A stretch of 64,000 bases of DNA from Minisyncoccota bacterium (GTDB taxonomy: Bacteria > Patescibacteriota > Minisyncoccia > Minisyncoccales > RBG-13-42-11). The stretch lies in NCBI GenBank assembly GCA_016782605.1, contig JADHYE010000001.1, positions 78,473 to 142,472 of the forward strand, in the 5' to 3' direction. Position numbers and translations under genes: made by a program. The stretch's first letter is position 1, and the number at the start of each line of letters is the position of its first letter. Under the pieces are notes generated by a model. That model did not search any database, was not told the DNA's origin, and saw only the letters and a list, made by a program, of their open reading frames with translations. Of this stretch, positions 26,210-36,757 are shown one piece after another.

Positions 26210-26596
26210 TTATTTTTTAATCTTGCAAAAAGAACTTAATATTCTCTTCGCTTTATTAAGATTCTTGTCTTCGACCAAAAGATAATTGGTTTCGTAAGTC
26301 GAAACATTGAAAATACTGATGCCGGCTTTTGCCAAAGGTTTTGATAGAGCAACAATAACGCCCACAGAACCTATATCCAAATCTCCCTCAAGTCTGAAAG
26401 CCCTCCAATCTTTCTCAAACATAACTCCTGCCGGAATCTTCATCTGGGGGCAAACAACAGAAAGCTCTGTTCTCGTTCTTGTAATAGAACAAAAAAAGGT
26501 TTTTCCCGCCCACTCTGGAATGGGAATGTTTTTGGACAAATGACAAATGCCTAATTTTTCAGGCAATATGGAAAGCGTAAACTTTTTATTTTTCAT
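26210..26596 (-). CDS. ACT-domain protein
   Basis: 128 aa with VGVIVALSKPLAKAGISIFNVSTYETNYLLV. Confidence 0.6.
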   Translation of the reverse strand: MKNKKFTLSILPEKLGICHLSKNIPIPEWAGKTFFCSITRTRTELSVVCPQMKIPAGVMFEKDWRAFRLEGDLDIGSVGVIVALSKPLAKAGISIFNVSTYETNYLLVEDKNLNKAKRILSSFCKIKK

Positions 26597-26623
26597 ATGT
26601 TTTAAGGTTAATAATAATCCGAG

Positions 26624-26708
26624 CGGAGGAGGTGGGATTCGAACCCACGAGCCCCTTGCGGGGCACGGCTTTCCAAGCCGTTGGAATAAACCGCTATCCG
26701 ACTCCTCC
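26624..26708 (-). tRNA. tRNA-Ser (anticodon GGA), class II with a long variable arm
   Basis: Hand fold: acceptor GGAGGAG/CTCCTCC, anticodon stem ACGGC/GCCGT, loop TTGGAAA, variable arm GCCCCGCAAGGGGC, T arm GTGGG-TTCGAAT-CCCAC. Confidence 0.85.
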
Positions 26709-27605
26709 CTAAATACTCATTCCCCTTAAAGCTTTGACCCTCTCTTCCACCGGAGGATGAGTCATAAATAATTTATGGAACCACGATTTTGTTTCTTTTC
26801 CTCGAAAAGGATTAGCAATATATAAATGGGAAGTGGTGTCTTCAGCTGCTTTTAAAGGATTCGGGTCTCTAGAAATCTTTTCTAGAGCCCTGGCTAATCC
26901 TTCAGGATATCTTGTCAAAAGAACGCCGGAAGCATCAGCTAAAAATTCCCTTTTTCTGGAGATGGCCAGATGAATCAAACTGGCAGCAATAGGAGCAAGA
27001 ACAGCAGCAATAATTCCGACTAAGGCCAAAATACCTCCGCCAGAGCTCTTTGAATTCCTATTTCCCCCGAAAAAGCTTATTCTTAAAAAGAAACTGGACA
27101 ATATAGCGATAACCCCGGCCATAACAACAACAACTGTCTGTAAAAGCATGTCTTTATTGCCAATATGGGAAAGTTCGTGAGCAATTACTCCTTCTAATTC
27201 TGGCCTTTCAAGCTTATCTAAAAGACCCCTAGTTACAGCAATAACAGCATGATTTTTATCGCGGCCAGCGGCAAAAGCATTAGGCTGGGCTTCTTCAATA
27301 ATATAAATCTTTGGCAAAGGAAGCCCAGCAGCAATGCAGAGATTTTCAACCAACCTGTACAATTCCGGATTGTCCTTCTTTTCAATCAGTTTTGCTTTAG
27401 CAGTAGCCAAAACTATTTTATCTGAATACCAATAACTGGAAATGCTGGTTAGAAGGCTGAAAGCTACGGCAATCAATAGGATTACCTGGTTCTCCAATAT
27501 GTTGCTGAACAACCAGCCTAAAGCAATAACCAATATCAGAAAACCTGTCATTAACAGCCAGGTCTTACGGATATTAGATCCGGCTTGCGTATATATTGTC
27601 GCCAT
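26709..27605 (-). CDS. htpX: HtpX-type M48 membrane protease
   Basis: HELSHI motif; TM helices; C-terminal HPPVEERV. Confidence 0.9.
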   Translation of the reverse strand: MATIYTQAGSNIRKTWLLMTGFLILVIALGWLFSNILENQVILLIAVAFSLLTSISSYWYSDKIVLATAKAKLIEKKDNPELYRLVENLCIAAGLPLPKIYIIEEAQPNAFAAGRDKNHAVIAVTRGLLDKLERPELEGVIAHELSHIGNKDMLLQTVVVVMAGVIAILSSFFLRISFFGGNRNSKSSGGGILALVGIIAAVLAPIAASLIHLAISRKREFLADASGVLLTRYPEGLARALEKISRDPNPLKAAEDTTSHLYIANPFRGKETKSWFHKLFMTHPPVEERVKALRGMSI

Positions 27606-27607
27606 AC

Positions 27608-28162
27608 TTAAAACTTAACTTTCACCGGCTCTCTTTCTTCAGCTGCGCCAGTTTCAAAGAAATCCATTTTCTTGAATCTGAAAATAGCTGCAATAATATT
27701 TGCCGGAAAAGTTTCAATCTGGATATTCATGTCTCTAACATTGCTGTTGTAAAACCTTCTGGCGGCCTGAATCTTATCTTCAGTGTCAGTTAATTCATCT
27801 TGGAACTTCTGGAAGTTTTCTGAAGCCCTTAGATTGGGATAATTCTCAGCCACGGCAAAAAGGGATTTTAAAGTCTGAGAAAGAGCGTTTTCTGCTTCCC
27901 CTTTTTCTTTTAAAGTCTGGGCTCCCATTGCTTTAGTCCTGGCTTCAGTTACTCTTTCAAAAACTTCTCTTTCGTGAGTAGCATAGCCTTTGACTGTTTC
28001 CACTAAATTGGGAATCAAGTTGTACCTTCTCTTTAGTTGAACCTCAATATCTGACCAGGCCTCTTTTGCTCTGTTTTTAAAGGCAATCAGCCGGTTATAA
28101 ACCAAGACTATCCAAAGAACGATAACAACGCCTATTATTATGAGAATTTTATTTAAATCCAT
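27608..28162 (-). CDS. lemA: LemA family protein
   Basis: N-terminal TM helix followed by YNRLIAFKNRAKEAWSDIEVQLKRR. Confidence 0.88.
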   Translation of the reverse strand: MDLNKILIIIGVVIVLWIVLVYNRLIAFKNRAKEAWSDIEVQLKRRYNLIPNLVETVKGYATHEREVFERVTEARTKAMGAQTLKEKGEAENALSQTLKSLFAVAENYPNLRASENFQKFQDELTDTEDKIQAARRFYNSNVRDMNIQIETFPANIIAAIFRFKKMDFFETGAAEEREPVKVKF

Positions 28163-28267
28163 AATAGATTTACAAATTAAAAATTGGTATATTGACCTAT
28201 TACCAGTATAACTAAAAACTCCTCTGGTTTCAACCAGGAAGAGTTTTTAGGTAATTTTTAAATTTCT

Positions 28268-30185
<1,918 letters not shown>

Positions 30186-30203
30186 AATTTAGCTTTTTTA
30201 ATT

Positions 30204-30230
30204 TTAGCAAACATGACCTTTGAGTGCTAA
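30204..30230. promoter_or_regulatory. CIRCE operator (HrcA site)
   Basis: TTAGCAAAC-N9-GAGTGCTAA compared with the consensus TTAGCACTC-N9-GAGTGCTAA. The right arm is perfect; the left arm matches 7 of 9. Confidence 0.75.
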
Positions 30231-30235
30231 TATCC

Positions 30236-30263
30236 AGTTTAATAAATAAAGAAAATTTGTCAA
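30236..30263 (-). promoter_or_regulatory. Candidate groES promoter
   Basis: The minus strand reads TTGACA-N16-TAAACT immediately upstream of CIRCE. Confidence 0.45.
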
Positions 30264-30267
30264 GTGT

Positions 30268-30303
30268 GAAAATAGAACGGAGCGTACTTTAACGTACGCT
30301 CCG
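30268..30303 (-). terminator. Intrinsic terminator of the orphan gene 30336-30827
   Basis: Perfect 10-bp stem CGGAGCGTAC/GTACGCTCCG with a 6-nt loop, followed by UUCUAUUUU on the minus strand. Confidence 0.6.
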
Positions 30304-30335
30304 GTAATTTAACTTGCTATGTTTAACCTCCTGTT

Positions 30336-30827
30336 CTATTTATTGTATAGCCCGAACCACCACTTAATGGTACCTATGACTAGTTTTAATGCATCTTCAT
30401 CTGAGATATACCAAGGGATCACCAAAAGACATCGGTTTCTGTCGCTCATCGCTTCCATTAAGTCCAGGCCTCCACTGTTTTTAACGTCTATCAATAACTC
30501 TACTCCGCTGCTGAACAACACCTTTGTGTCGATGCCTTTTCTATCCTCCAAGCTCAAATGCTGGTAAGAAATGATTTCCGTAATTACTCCTATCTTGCCA
30601 AATTGCAGCTTAGTCGACCGGATGGTTCTAAGGTTCTCAATTGCTTTATTCTCGGAGATTAGCGCCTTCTCTCTGGACTTGGTAGTGGCAACGCCAACGC
30701 CCCAAAGACCTCTTTTTACCTCTTCTCTGTTCAAGATTTCCCTTCGTGTCTCATCCACGTGACGTTTTCTTTTGACTGTTCCATGAAAGTAGCTCTTGCT
30801 TCTTTTTTTATGTCTTCCTTTACTCAA
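30336..30827 (-). CDS. Hypothetical protein with a basic N-terminus and a possible PD-(D/E)xK-like motif
   Basis: 163 aa. TTG start preceded by AAAGGAGGTGA. The segment GIDTKV...VELLIDVKNS resembles a D...(D/E)xK nuclease core. No family recognised. Confidence 0.4.
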   Translation of the reverse strand: MSKGRHKKRSKSYFHGTVKRKRHVDETRREILNREEVKRGLWGVGVATTKSREKALISENKAIENLRTIRSTKLQFGKIGVITEIISYQHLSLEDRKGIDTKVLFSSGVELLIDVKNSGGLDLMEAMSDRNRCLLVIPWYISDEDALKLVIGTIKWWFGLYNK

Positions 30828-30915
30828 TTCCTGTCACCTCCTTTCATTCCATAAATTTGGTAAAAACCAAGGAACTGAGTCAACCCTAACTCTTTCCAAA
30901 TATAAAATCAAGAGA

Positions 30916-33723
30916 TTATCCTTGCTTTAAATATCTGCCGGTATAGCTCTTTTTACTCTTGGCAATTTCAGAAGGAATACCCTCAGCAATAATGTATCCT
31001 CCCTTTTCGCCTCCTTCCGGCCCCAAATCAATAATCCAATCAGCATTCTTAATAAAATCCAGATTATGCTCGATTGTTACAACTGTATTTCCCTTTTCAA
31101 CCAGGCCTTTTAAAACCTGTATCAGTTTTTTAATGTCGTCAAAATGAAGACCGGTGGTCGGCTCGTCCAGAATATACAAGCTCTTGCCTGTCGCTTTTCT
31201 GGAAAGCTCGGTAGCTAGTTTCACTCTCTGTGCTTCTCCTCCAGAGAGCGAGGGAGCTGGCTGTCCCAACTGAATATAGCCCAAGCCGACTTCGTTCAAA
31301 GTTTTCAATTTCTCATAAAGACCAACGATATTTTTGAAAAAGTCCAAAGCTTCTTCTACCGTCATTTCAAGAACCTGGGCAATGTTTTTTCCTTTATATT
31401 CAACTGACAAAGTTTCCTTATTAAATCTCATACCTTTGCAATCTGAACACTGTATATATATGTCAGGCAAAAAGTACATTTCTATCTTTTTCACTCCCTG
31501 GCCTTCGCAGCTTTCGCATCTTCCTCCTTTAACGTTAAAGCTGAAACGGCCGGGTCTGTACCCCCTGACTCTCGCTTCTTTGGTCTTGGTAAACAAATCC
31601 CGAATGTATGAAAAAGCGCCTGTGTAAGTGGCAGGATTTGACCTGGGAGTTCTGCCTATCGGCGACTGGTCAACTAAAACTACTTTATTTAAAAATTCGG
31701 CTCCCAGAATTTCTTTGTGTTGCCCCGGCTCTTCTTTGGCCCTATAAAACTTTTTTAACAGGGCGCGGGCCAGAACGTCGTTCATCAAACTGCTTTTGCC
31801 GGATCCTGAAACTCCGGTAATACAAACGAACTTAGCTAAAGGCATTTTCACGTCAATATTCTTTAAATTATGCTCTTTTGCCCCCTTAACAATTAAATAA
31901 TTTTGCAGGATTTGTTTAGGCCTGGCCTCAACAGCATGTTGAGGTTTAACCTCAACGGTTTTTCTTCCGGAAAGATACTCGCCGGTCAAAGAACGTGATT
32001 CCAACAATTGTTTTGGCGTACCCTGGAAAACGATCTTGCCGCCGTGTTTGCCGGCTCCCGGCCCAATATCAACCACCCAGTCGCTCTGCAAAATAGTCTG
32101 GCGGTCGTGTTCGACAATAATAATCGTATTGCCTAAATCCTTGAGCTTTTCCAAAGTCTGAATCAAACGGCCCTGATCTCTGGCATGTAGCCCAATTGAA
32201 GGCTCGTCTAATATATAAAGTACTCCTGTCAGTTTTGAACCTATTTGCGTGGCCAGCCTTATCCTCTGTTCTTCGCCCCCTGCCAAAGTGTCTGATTTCC
32301 TGTCCAAAGTCAGATAATCCAAGCCAACATCAATTAAAAACTGCAACCGGTTTAAAACCTCTTTGATAATGAGAGAAGCGATTTTCAATTCGCTGTTTTT
32401 TAATTTAGAATTACGGCTTTTGATTAAACTTTCAAAAAACTCCTGGACCTTATTAATCGGCGTACCAACAATCTTATCAAGAGACAAACCAGCTACTGTA
32501 ACAGCCAATATTTCCGGCTTCAATCTCTTGCCCTGGCATATTTCGCACTGCTTTTCAACCATGTACTGTTCTATTTCGCTTCTGGTGTAATCGGAATCCG
32601 TTGCATGATATCTCCTTTCCAAATTAGGAATCACTCCTTCAAAGTCAGCATTACCCTGCAATATCAAATCAATGATTTTCTTTGGCAGTTCTTTGACCGG
32701 AATATCTAAAGAAAATTTATGCGTTTCTGCCAGCTTTTGCAGATGGGACCAGAAATACCCCTGCCTGCCGATTTTATGAGAAGCAAAAGCCCAAGGGAAT
32801 ACAGCTCCTTCGGCAATCGTTAAGTTTTGGTTTGGTATGACGAGCTTTGGATCAACTTCCAGCCTTTCCCCCAACCCCTGGCAGGAAGGGCAAGCGCCGA
32901 AAGGAGAATTGAAAGAAAACAATCTCGGCTCAAGTTCCGACAAAGAAAGCCCGCACTCTTCGCAGGCAAAATGCTCGGAAAAAATAAAATCATTGTCTTT
33001 TCGGCTTACCATTACTATGCCTTTCCCCAATTTCAAACCTGTTTCCAAGGAATCAATTAATCTTGATTTATCCAAACTCTTGTCTAAAACCAATCTATCA
33101 ACAACCACTTCGATATTATGCTTTTTATTTTTGTCCAAGGTTTTATCAATAATCTCTTCAATACGATGAACAACACCATCTACCCTGACCCTGACAAAAC
33201 CTGCTCTCTGCGCCTCTTCCAGAACTCCCCTGTGCTCTCCTTTCTTGCCCCTGACCAAAGGGCCGAGAATACTAATCTCGCTTTTCTTTGGAAGATTCAG
33301 AATCTGCTCTGTGATCTGATCTATTGTCTGCCGACTGATTGGCTTGCCACATTTTGGACAATGGGGCTTACCAATTCTGGCAAACAAAAGCCGGAGATAA
33401 TCATATATCTCTGTTATCGTACCCACAGTTGAACGAGGATTATGGGAAGCTTTTCTCTGATCGATTGAAATTGCCGGACTAATGCCTTCGATATAATCGA
33501 CGTCTGGCTTATCCATAACTCCCAGAAACTGCCTGGCATAAGCAGAAAGAGATTCAACATATCTTCTCTGGCCCTCAGCGTATAGAGTATCAAAAGCTAA
33601 AGAAGACTTGCCAGAGCCTGAAATGCCGGTAATGACCACCAGCTTGTCTTTCGGGATATCAAGGTTGATATCTTTTAAGTTGTGCACTCTTGCTCCGCGT
33701 ATTTTAATGTAATTTTCAGCCAT
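30916..33723 (-). CDS. uvrA: Excinuclease ABC subunit A
   Basis: Two ABC ATPase modules (GISGSGKSS and GVSGSGKSS) plus zinc modules. [17 protein letters not shown] from the ATG at 33723. The track ORF starts at a TTG at 33735. Confidence 0.96.
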   Translation of the reverse strand: MAENYIKIRGARVHNLKDINLDIPKDKLVVITGISGSGKSSLAFDTLYAEGQRRYVESLSAYARQFLGVMDKPDVDYIEGISPAISIDQRKASHNPRSTVGTITEIYDYLRLLFARIGKPHCPKCGKPISRQTIDQITEQILNLPKKSEISILGPLVRGKKGEHRGVLEEAQRAGFVRVRVDGVVHRIEEIIDKTLDKNKKHNIEVVVDRLVLDKSLDKSRLIDSLETGLKLGKGIVMVSRKDNDFIFSEHFACEECGLSLSELEPRLFSFNSPFGACPSCQGLGERLEVDPKLVIPNQNLTIAEGAVFPWAFASHKIGRQGYFWSHLQKLAETHKFSLDIPVKELPKKIIDLILQGNADFEGVIPNLERRYHATDSDYTRSEIEQYMVEKQCEICQGKRLKPEILAVTVAGLSLDKIVGTPINKVQEFFESLIKSRNSKLKNSELKIASLIIKEVLNRLQFLIDVGLDYLTLDRKSDTLAGGEEQRIRLATQIGSKLTGVLYILDEPSIGLHARDQGRLIQTLEKLKDLGNTIIIVEHDRQTILQSDWVVDIGPGAGKHGGKIVFQGTPKQLLESRSLTGEYLSGRKTVEVKPQHAVEARPKQILQNYLIVKGAKEHNLKNIDVKMPLAKFVCITGVSGSGKSSLMNDVLARALLKKFYRAKEEPGQHKEILGAEFLNKVVLVDQSPIGRTPRSNPATYTGAFSYIRDLFTKTKEARVRGYRPGRFSFNVKGGRCESCEGQGVKKIEMYFLPDIYIQCSDCKGMRFNKETLSVEYKGKNIAQVLEMTVEEALDFFKNIVGLYEKLKTLNEVGLGYIQLGQPAPSLSGGEAQRVKLATELSRKATGKSLYILDEPTTGLHFDDIKKLIQVLKGLVEKGNTVVTIEHNLDFIKNADWIIDLGPEGGEKGGYIIAEGIPSEIAKSKKSYTGRYLKQG
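31926..31956. repeat. REP-like triple-arm palindrome embedded in frame in uvrA
   Basis: CCTCAACAGCATGTTGAGGTTTAACCTCAAC. The 20-mer TGTTGAGGTTTAACCTCAAC is identical to the intergenic palindrome at 57642-57661. Confidence 0.75.
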
Positions 33724-33758
33724 AAGAGTATTCAATTATACTGCAAATTTAAAAAAAA

Positions 33759-33788
33759 TTCAACGGTAGCTAGAGAAAAAGGTATAAT
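33759..33788 (+). promoter_or_regulatory. Candidate capA promoter, with the -10 hexamer only 4-7 nt from the ATG
   Basis: TTCAAC-N18-TATAAT. ATG codons lie at 33793 and 33796. Confidence 0.35.
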
Positions 33789-33792
33789 ATAT

Positions 33793-34803
33793 ATGATGGC
33801 CTACTTAAAAACAAAACTGATTATCTTGACATTTGCCGTAGCAATAATTCTTTTTATTGCTGCTTCCTTTCTGATTAATCCGAAAACAATCGAAATCTTT
33901 CGTTCCCCTATTCCAGAAGAAACAGAAAACAAAACAGTAAGCGTAATTTTGACGGGCGATATTATGCTTGATCGCGGAGTAGAATATATGATAGAAAAAC
34001 AAGAAAAAGGAGATTTCAGATTTCCTTTCCTGAAAATCGCTGATTATTTTAAAAAAACTGACATTGTTTTCGGCAACCTGGAAGGAATAATTTCTGACAA
34101 AGGAACGAAAATAGGCAGCATCTATTCTTTCCGAGCAGACCCCAAGGCAATGGAAGGCTTGGTTTTTGCCGGTTTTAGCGTAGTCTCCCTAGCCAACAAC
34201 CACGCTTTAGATTACGGAAAAGATGCTTTAGAGGATTGTTTGGTTAGATTAAAAGATTCGGGTATTGACTACGTTGGCGCCGGTTTCAATGAAAAAGAAG
34301 CTTTTTCTCTTGTTATTGAAGAAATAAATGGCACTAAAATAGGTTTCTTGGCATATACTGATTTGGGTCCTGAAGTCTGGAGAGCCAGAGAAGAAAGCTC
34401 CGGTATTGCCTGGATTGAAGATTCCGACTTTGGAAAAATTGGACAAGATATTCAGAAAGCGAAAAATAATGTCGATGTTTTAATTGTTTCGATCCATTCG
34501 GGAGAAGAATACGTTCAGGAATTAACGCCATTTCAGCTAAACTTTACCAAAATGGCGATTGAAGCTGGAGCAGATTTAATAGTCGGTCACCATCCACATG
34601 TTGTCCAAAGAGACGAAAAATACGAACAGAAATACATCTTTTACAGTTTGGGTAATTTCATTTTCGATCAAAGCTTTTCAGAACAAACTATGCAAGGAGA
34701 AATCGTTGAAATTACAATAGAAAACAAAAAGATAAAAGAAGTTACAACAAAACAAATCAAAATAAACGAATTCTTCCAACCGGAAATCTATGAACCCCGT
34801 TAG
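33793..34803 (+). CDS. CapA/PGA-cap family metallophosphoesterase-like protein
   Basis: N-terminal TM helix; motifs GDIMLDRGV, ANNHALDYG and GHHPHVVQ. The start is taken at MMAYLKTK. Confidence 0.8.
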   Translation: MMAYLKTKLIILTFAVAIILFIAASFLINPKTIEIFRSPIPEETENKTVSVILTGDIMLDRGVEYMIEKQEKGDFRFPFLKIADYFKKTDIVFGNLEGIISDKGTKIGSIYSFRADPKAMEGLVFAGFSVVSLANNHALDYGKDALEDCLVRLKDSGIDYVGAGFNEKEAFSLVIEEINGTKIGFLAYTDLGPEVWRAREESSGIAWIEDSDFGKIGQDIQKAKNNVDVLIVSIHSGEEYVQELTPFQLNFTKMAIEAGADLIVGHHPHVVQRDEKYEQKYIFYSLGNFIFDQSFSEQTMQGEIVEITIENKKIKEVTTKQIKINEFFQPEIYEPR

Positions 34804-34923
34804 AAGTCTTGGGCAGAAAAAATTAGATTAAATTTTTTTCTGCTTGTAAATAACGGGGTGTAATTAAAAACAGAAGTTTGTCTGAAATCAGCCGAAAACT
34901 GTATAAGACGAACTTCTAACGGG

Positions 34924-36156
34924 GTGAATAAATTCAAATTCCTGGACAAAAACGATATTTCTAAACTACCCAAAACCTCTGGCGTTTACGCTTTTTTTAC
35001 CCGCCGAAGCCTCGGCGAAGGCAGGAAAAAAGGAAAACAAATACTTTACGTCGGCAAAGCAACCAACATTAAAGAAAGAGTGAAAAACCACAAAAAACTT
35101 CTCAGTCAGGCTGAAAAAATAGGATATATTAAAACCGATTCTGAAATCGAAGCTTTGATTTTAGAAGCAAGCTTAATCAAAAAATACCGGCCGAAATACA
35201 ACGTTGCTTGGAAAGACGACAAGAATTATTTTTTTGTCGCAGTAACAAAAGAGAAATTTCCCGGAATTCTCATCACACACCAAACAAAACAGAAAAACAA
35301 ATACCTTGGCCCTTTTGTGGACGGTTCTTCCTTAAAACAAGTTTTAATAATCCTAAGAAAGGTTTTCCCTTTTAGAACTTGTACAACCCTGCCGAAGAAG
35401 CCCTGTCTTTGGCATCAACTTAACCTCTGCCCTGCCCCCTGTCTGACAAAAACAAAAAACTTATGTCAAAAAAACGCTAATAATATTTTAAAGATACTCC
35501 AAGGAAGAAAAAACCAGGTTTTAAATAACTTAAAAAAAGAAATGAAAATAGCTTCCAAAGAACAAAATTATGAAAAAGCAGCAAAGACAAGAGATAAGAT
35601 AGTTTATTTGGAAAGAATAATGCGCAACGCCAGAATTTTCGAACCCAATAAAGCTGATTCAACGCTTCAATCAATCTTAAAAGCTGAAAAACCGATTTCA
35701 AGAATCGAAGCTTACGATATATCCAATATCCAGGGACAGGAAGCAACAGGCTCCATGGTAACTTTTATTCAAGGAAAACCAAACAAAAGCTTTTACCGCA
35801 AATTCAAAATAAAGCTCCAGGCTAAGCCCAATGACGTGGCCATGATAAAAGAAGTCTTATCCCGCAGATTGAAACATAAAGAATGGCCATGCCCTGACTT
35901 AATATTGATTGACGGCGGCATCGCCCAATTGAATACTGCCATTAAAATGAAAAATGAAATAAACAAAAATATAAAAGCAGTGAGTTTGGCGAAAAAACAA
36001 AACAAACTTTTCATTGAAGGAAGAAAAAAGCCAATCCTGTTAAAAACTTTGCCTAAAGAAATCTTTAATCTTGTACTGCATTTGCGCGACGAGGCTCACA
36101 GGTTTGCCATAACCTACCACCGCAAATTAAGGACCAAGGCCTTGCTTCCCAGATGA
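34924..36156 (+). CDS. uvrC: Excinuclease ABC subunit C, short form lacking the C-terminal (HhH)2 domain
   Basis: GIY-YIG motif (GVYAFF...ILYVGKATNIKERV), UVR motif (YEKAAKTRDKIVYLE), and endonuclease domain (RIEAYDISNIQG...RDEAHRFAITYHR). Ends at 410 aa. GTG start. Confidence 0.85.
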   Translation: MNKFKFLDKNDISKLPKTSGVYAFFTRRSLGEGRKKGKQILYVGKATNIKERVKNHKKLLSQAEKIGYIKTDSEIEALILEASLIKKYRPKYNVAWKDDKNYFFVAVTKEKFPGILITHQTKQKNKYLGPFVDGSSLKQVLIILRKVFPFRTCTTLPKKPCLWHQLNLCPAPCLTKTKNLCQKNANNILKILQGRKNQVLNNLKKEMKIASKEQNYEKAAKTRDKIVYLERIMRNARIFEPNKADSTLQSILKAEKPISRIEAYDISNIQGQEATGSMVTFIQGKPNKSFYRKFKIKLQAKPNDVAMIKEVLSRRLKHKEWPCPDLILIDGGIAQLNTAIKMKNEINKNIKAVSLAKKQNKLFIEGRKKPILLKTLPKEIFNLVLHLRDEAHRFAITYHRKLRTKALLPR

Positions 36157-36176
36157 ATCTCTGATATCATGGATTT

Positions 36177-36536
36177 ATGATTAAACTAATCTTTCAGGTC
36201 GCCGGTGGCGTATTAAGCTTTTGGTTAGCTATCAGATTCGTTCCTGGCGTTGAATTCATCGGAGAAACCAAATATCTGGTAATGGCCGGCGCTTTTTTAG
36301 GATTGATTAATTTCTTCATTAAGCCGATCCTAAAAATAATCACTCTGCCTTTAAGGATCTTGACACTCGGGCTTTTCGGCTTGATAATCAACATGGCTTT
36401 AATTTGGTTCGTTGATATCATTTTCCCGGAACTGGTCATCCCCGGCATCGTTCCGCTTTTCTGGACGACATTCATTGTCTGGCTGGTCGGTTATTTCCTG
36501 GGGCTCAGTTCTCCAAGTAAAAAAACTAATAACTAA
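36177..36536 (+). CDS. Membrane protein of the phage-holin-4/DUF360-like family
   Basis: 119 aa with four TM helices, containing FIKPILKIITLPLRILTLGLF. Confidence 0.55.
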   Translation: MIKLIFQVAGGVLSFWLAIRFVPGVEFIGETKYLVMAGAFLGLINFFIKPILKIITLPLRILTLGLFGLIINMALIWFVDIIFPELVIPGIVPLFWTTFIVWLVGYFLGLSSPSKKTNN

Positions 36537-36541
36537 GTAAT

Positions 36542-36757
36542 ATGCAGCAATACTTACCTTTAATTCAAATCATCGTATCTGTGTTATTAATCGTTTTCAT
36601 TCTCCTGCAGCAAAGAGGAACTGCTTTAGGTTCTGCCTTTGGCCAGGAAGGAGGCTTTTACGCTACTAGACGTGGCGTGCAGCAAAAAATCCTTTGGGCA
36701 ACAGTAGTCTGCGGAGTTTTATTCATCGGTTTGGCTCTGTTAAATCTCATTCTTTAA
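36542..36757 (+). CDS. secG: Preprotein translocase subunit SecG
   Basis: 71 aa with two TM helices, containing LLQQRGTALGSAFG. Confidence 0.8.
   Translation: MQQYLPLIQIIVSVLLIVFILLQQRGTALGSAFGQEGGFYATRRGVQQKILWATVVCGVLFIGLALLNLIL

Noticed and set aside
30319-30335. GTTTAACCTC just downstream of the orphan gene, considered as a REP half-site.
   Set aside because: The match is only 10 nt with no palindromic partner, which is compatible with chance.
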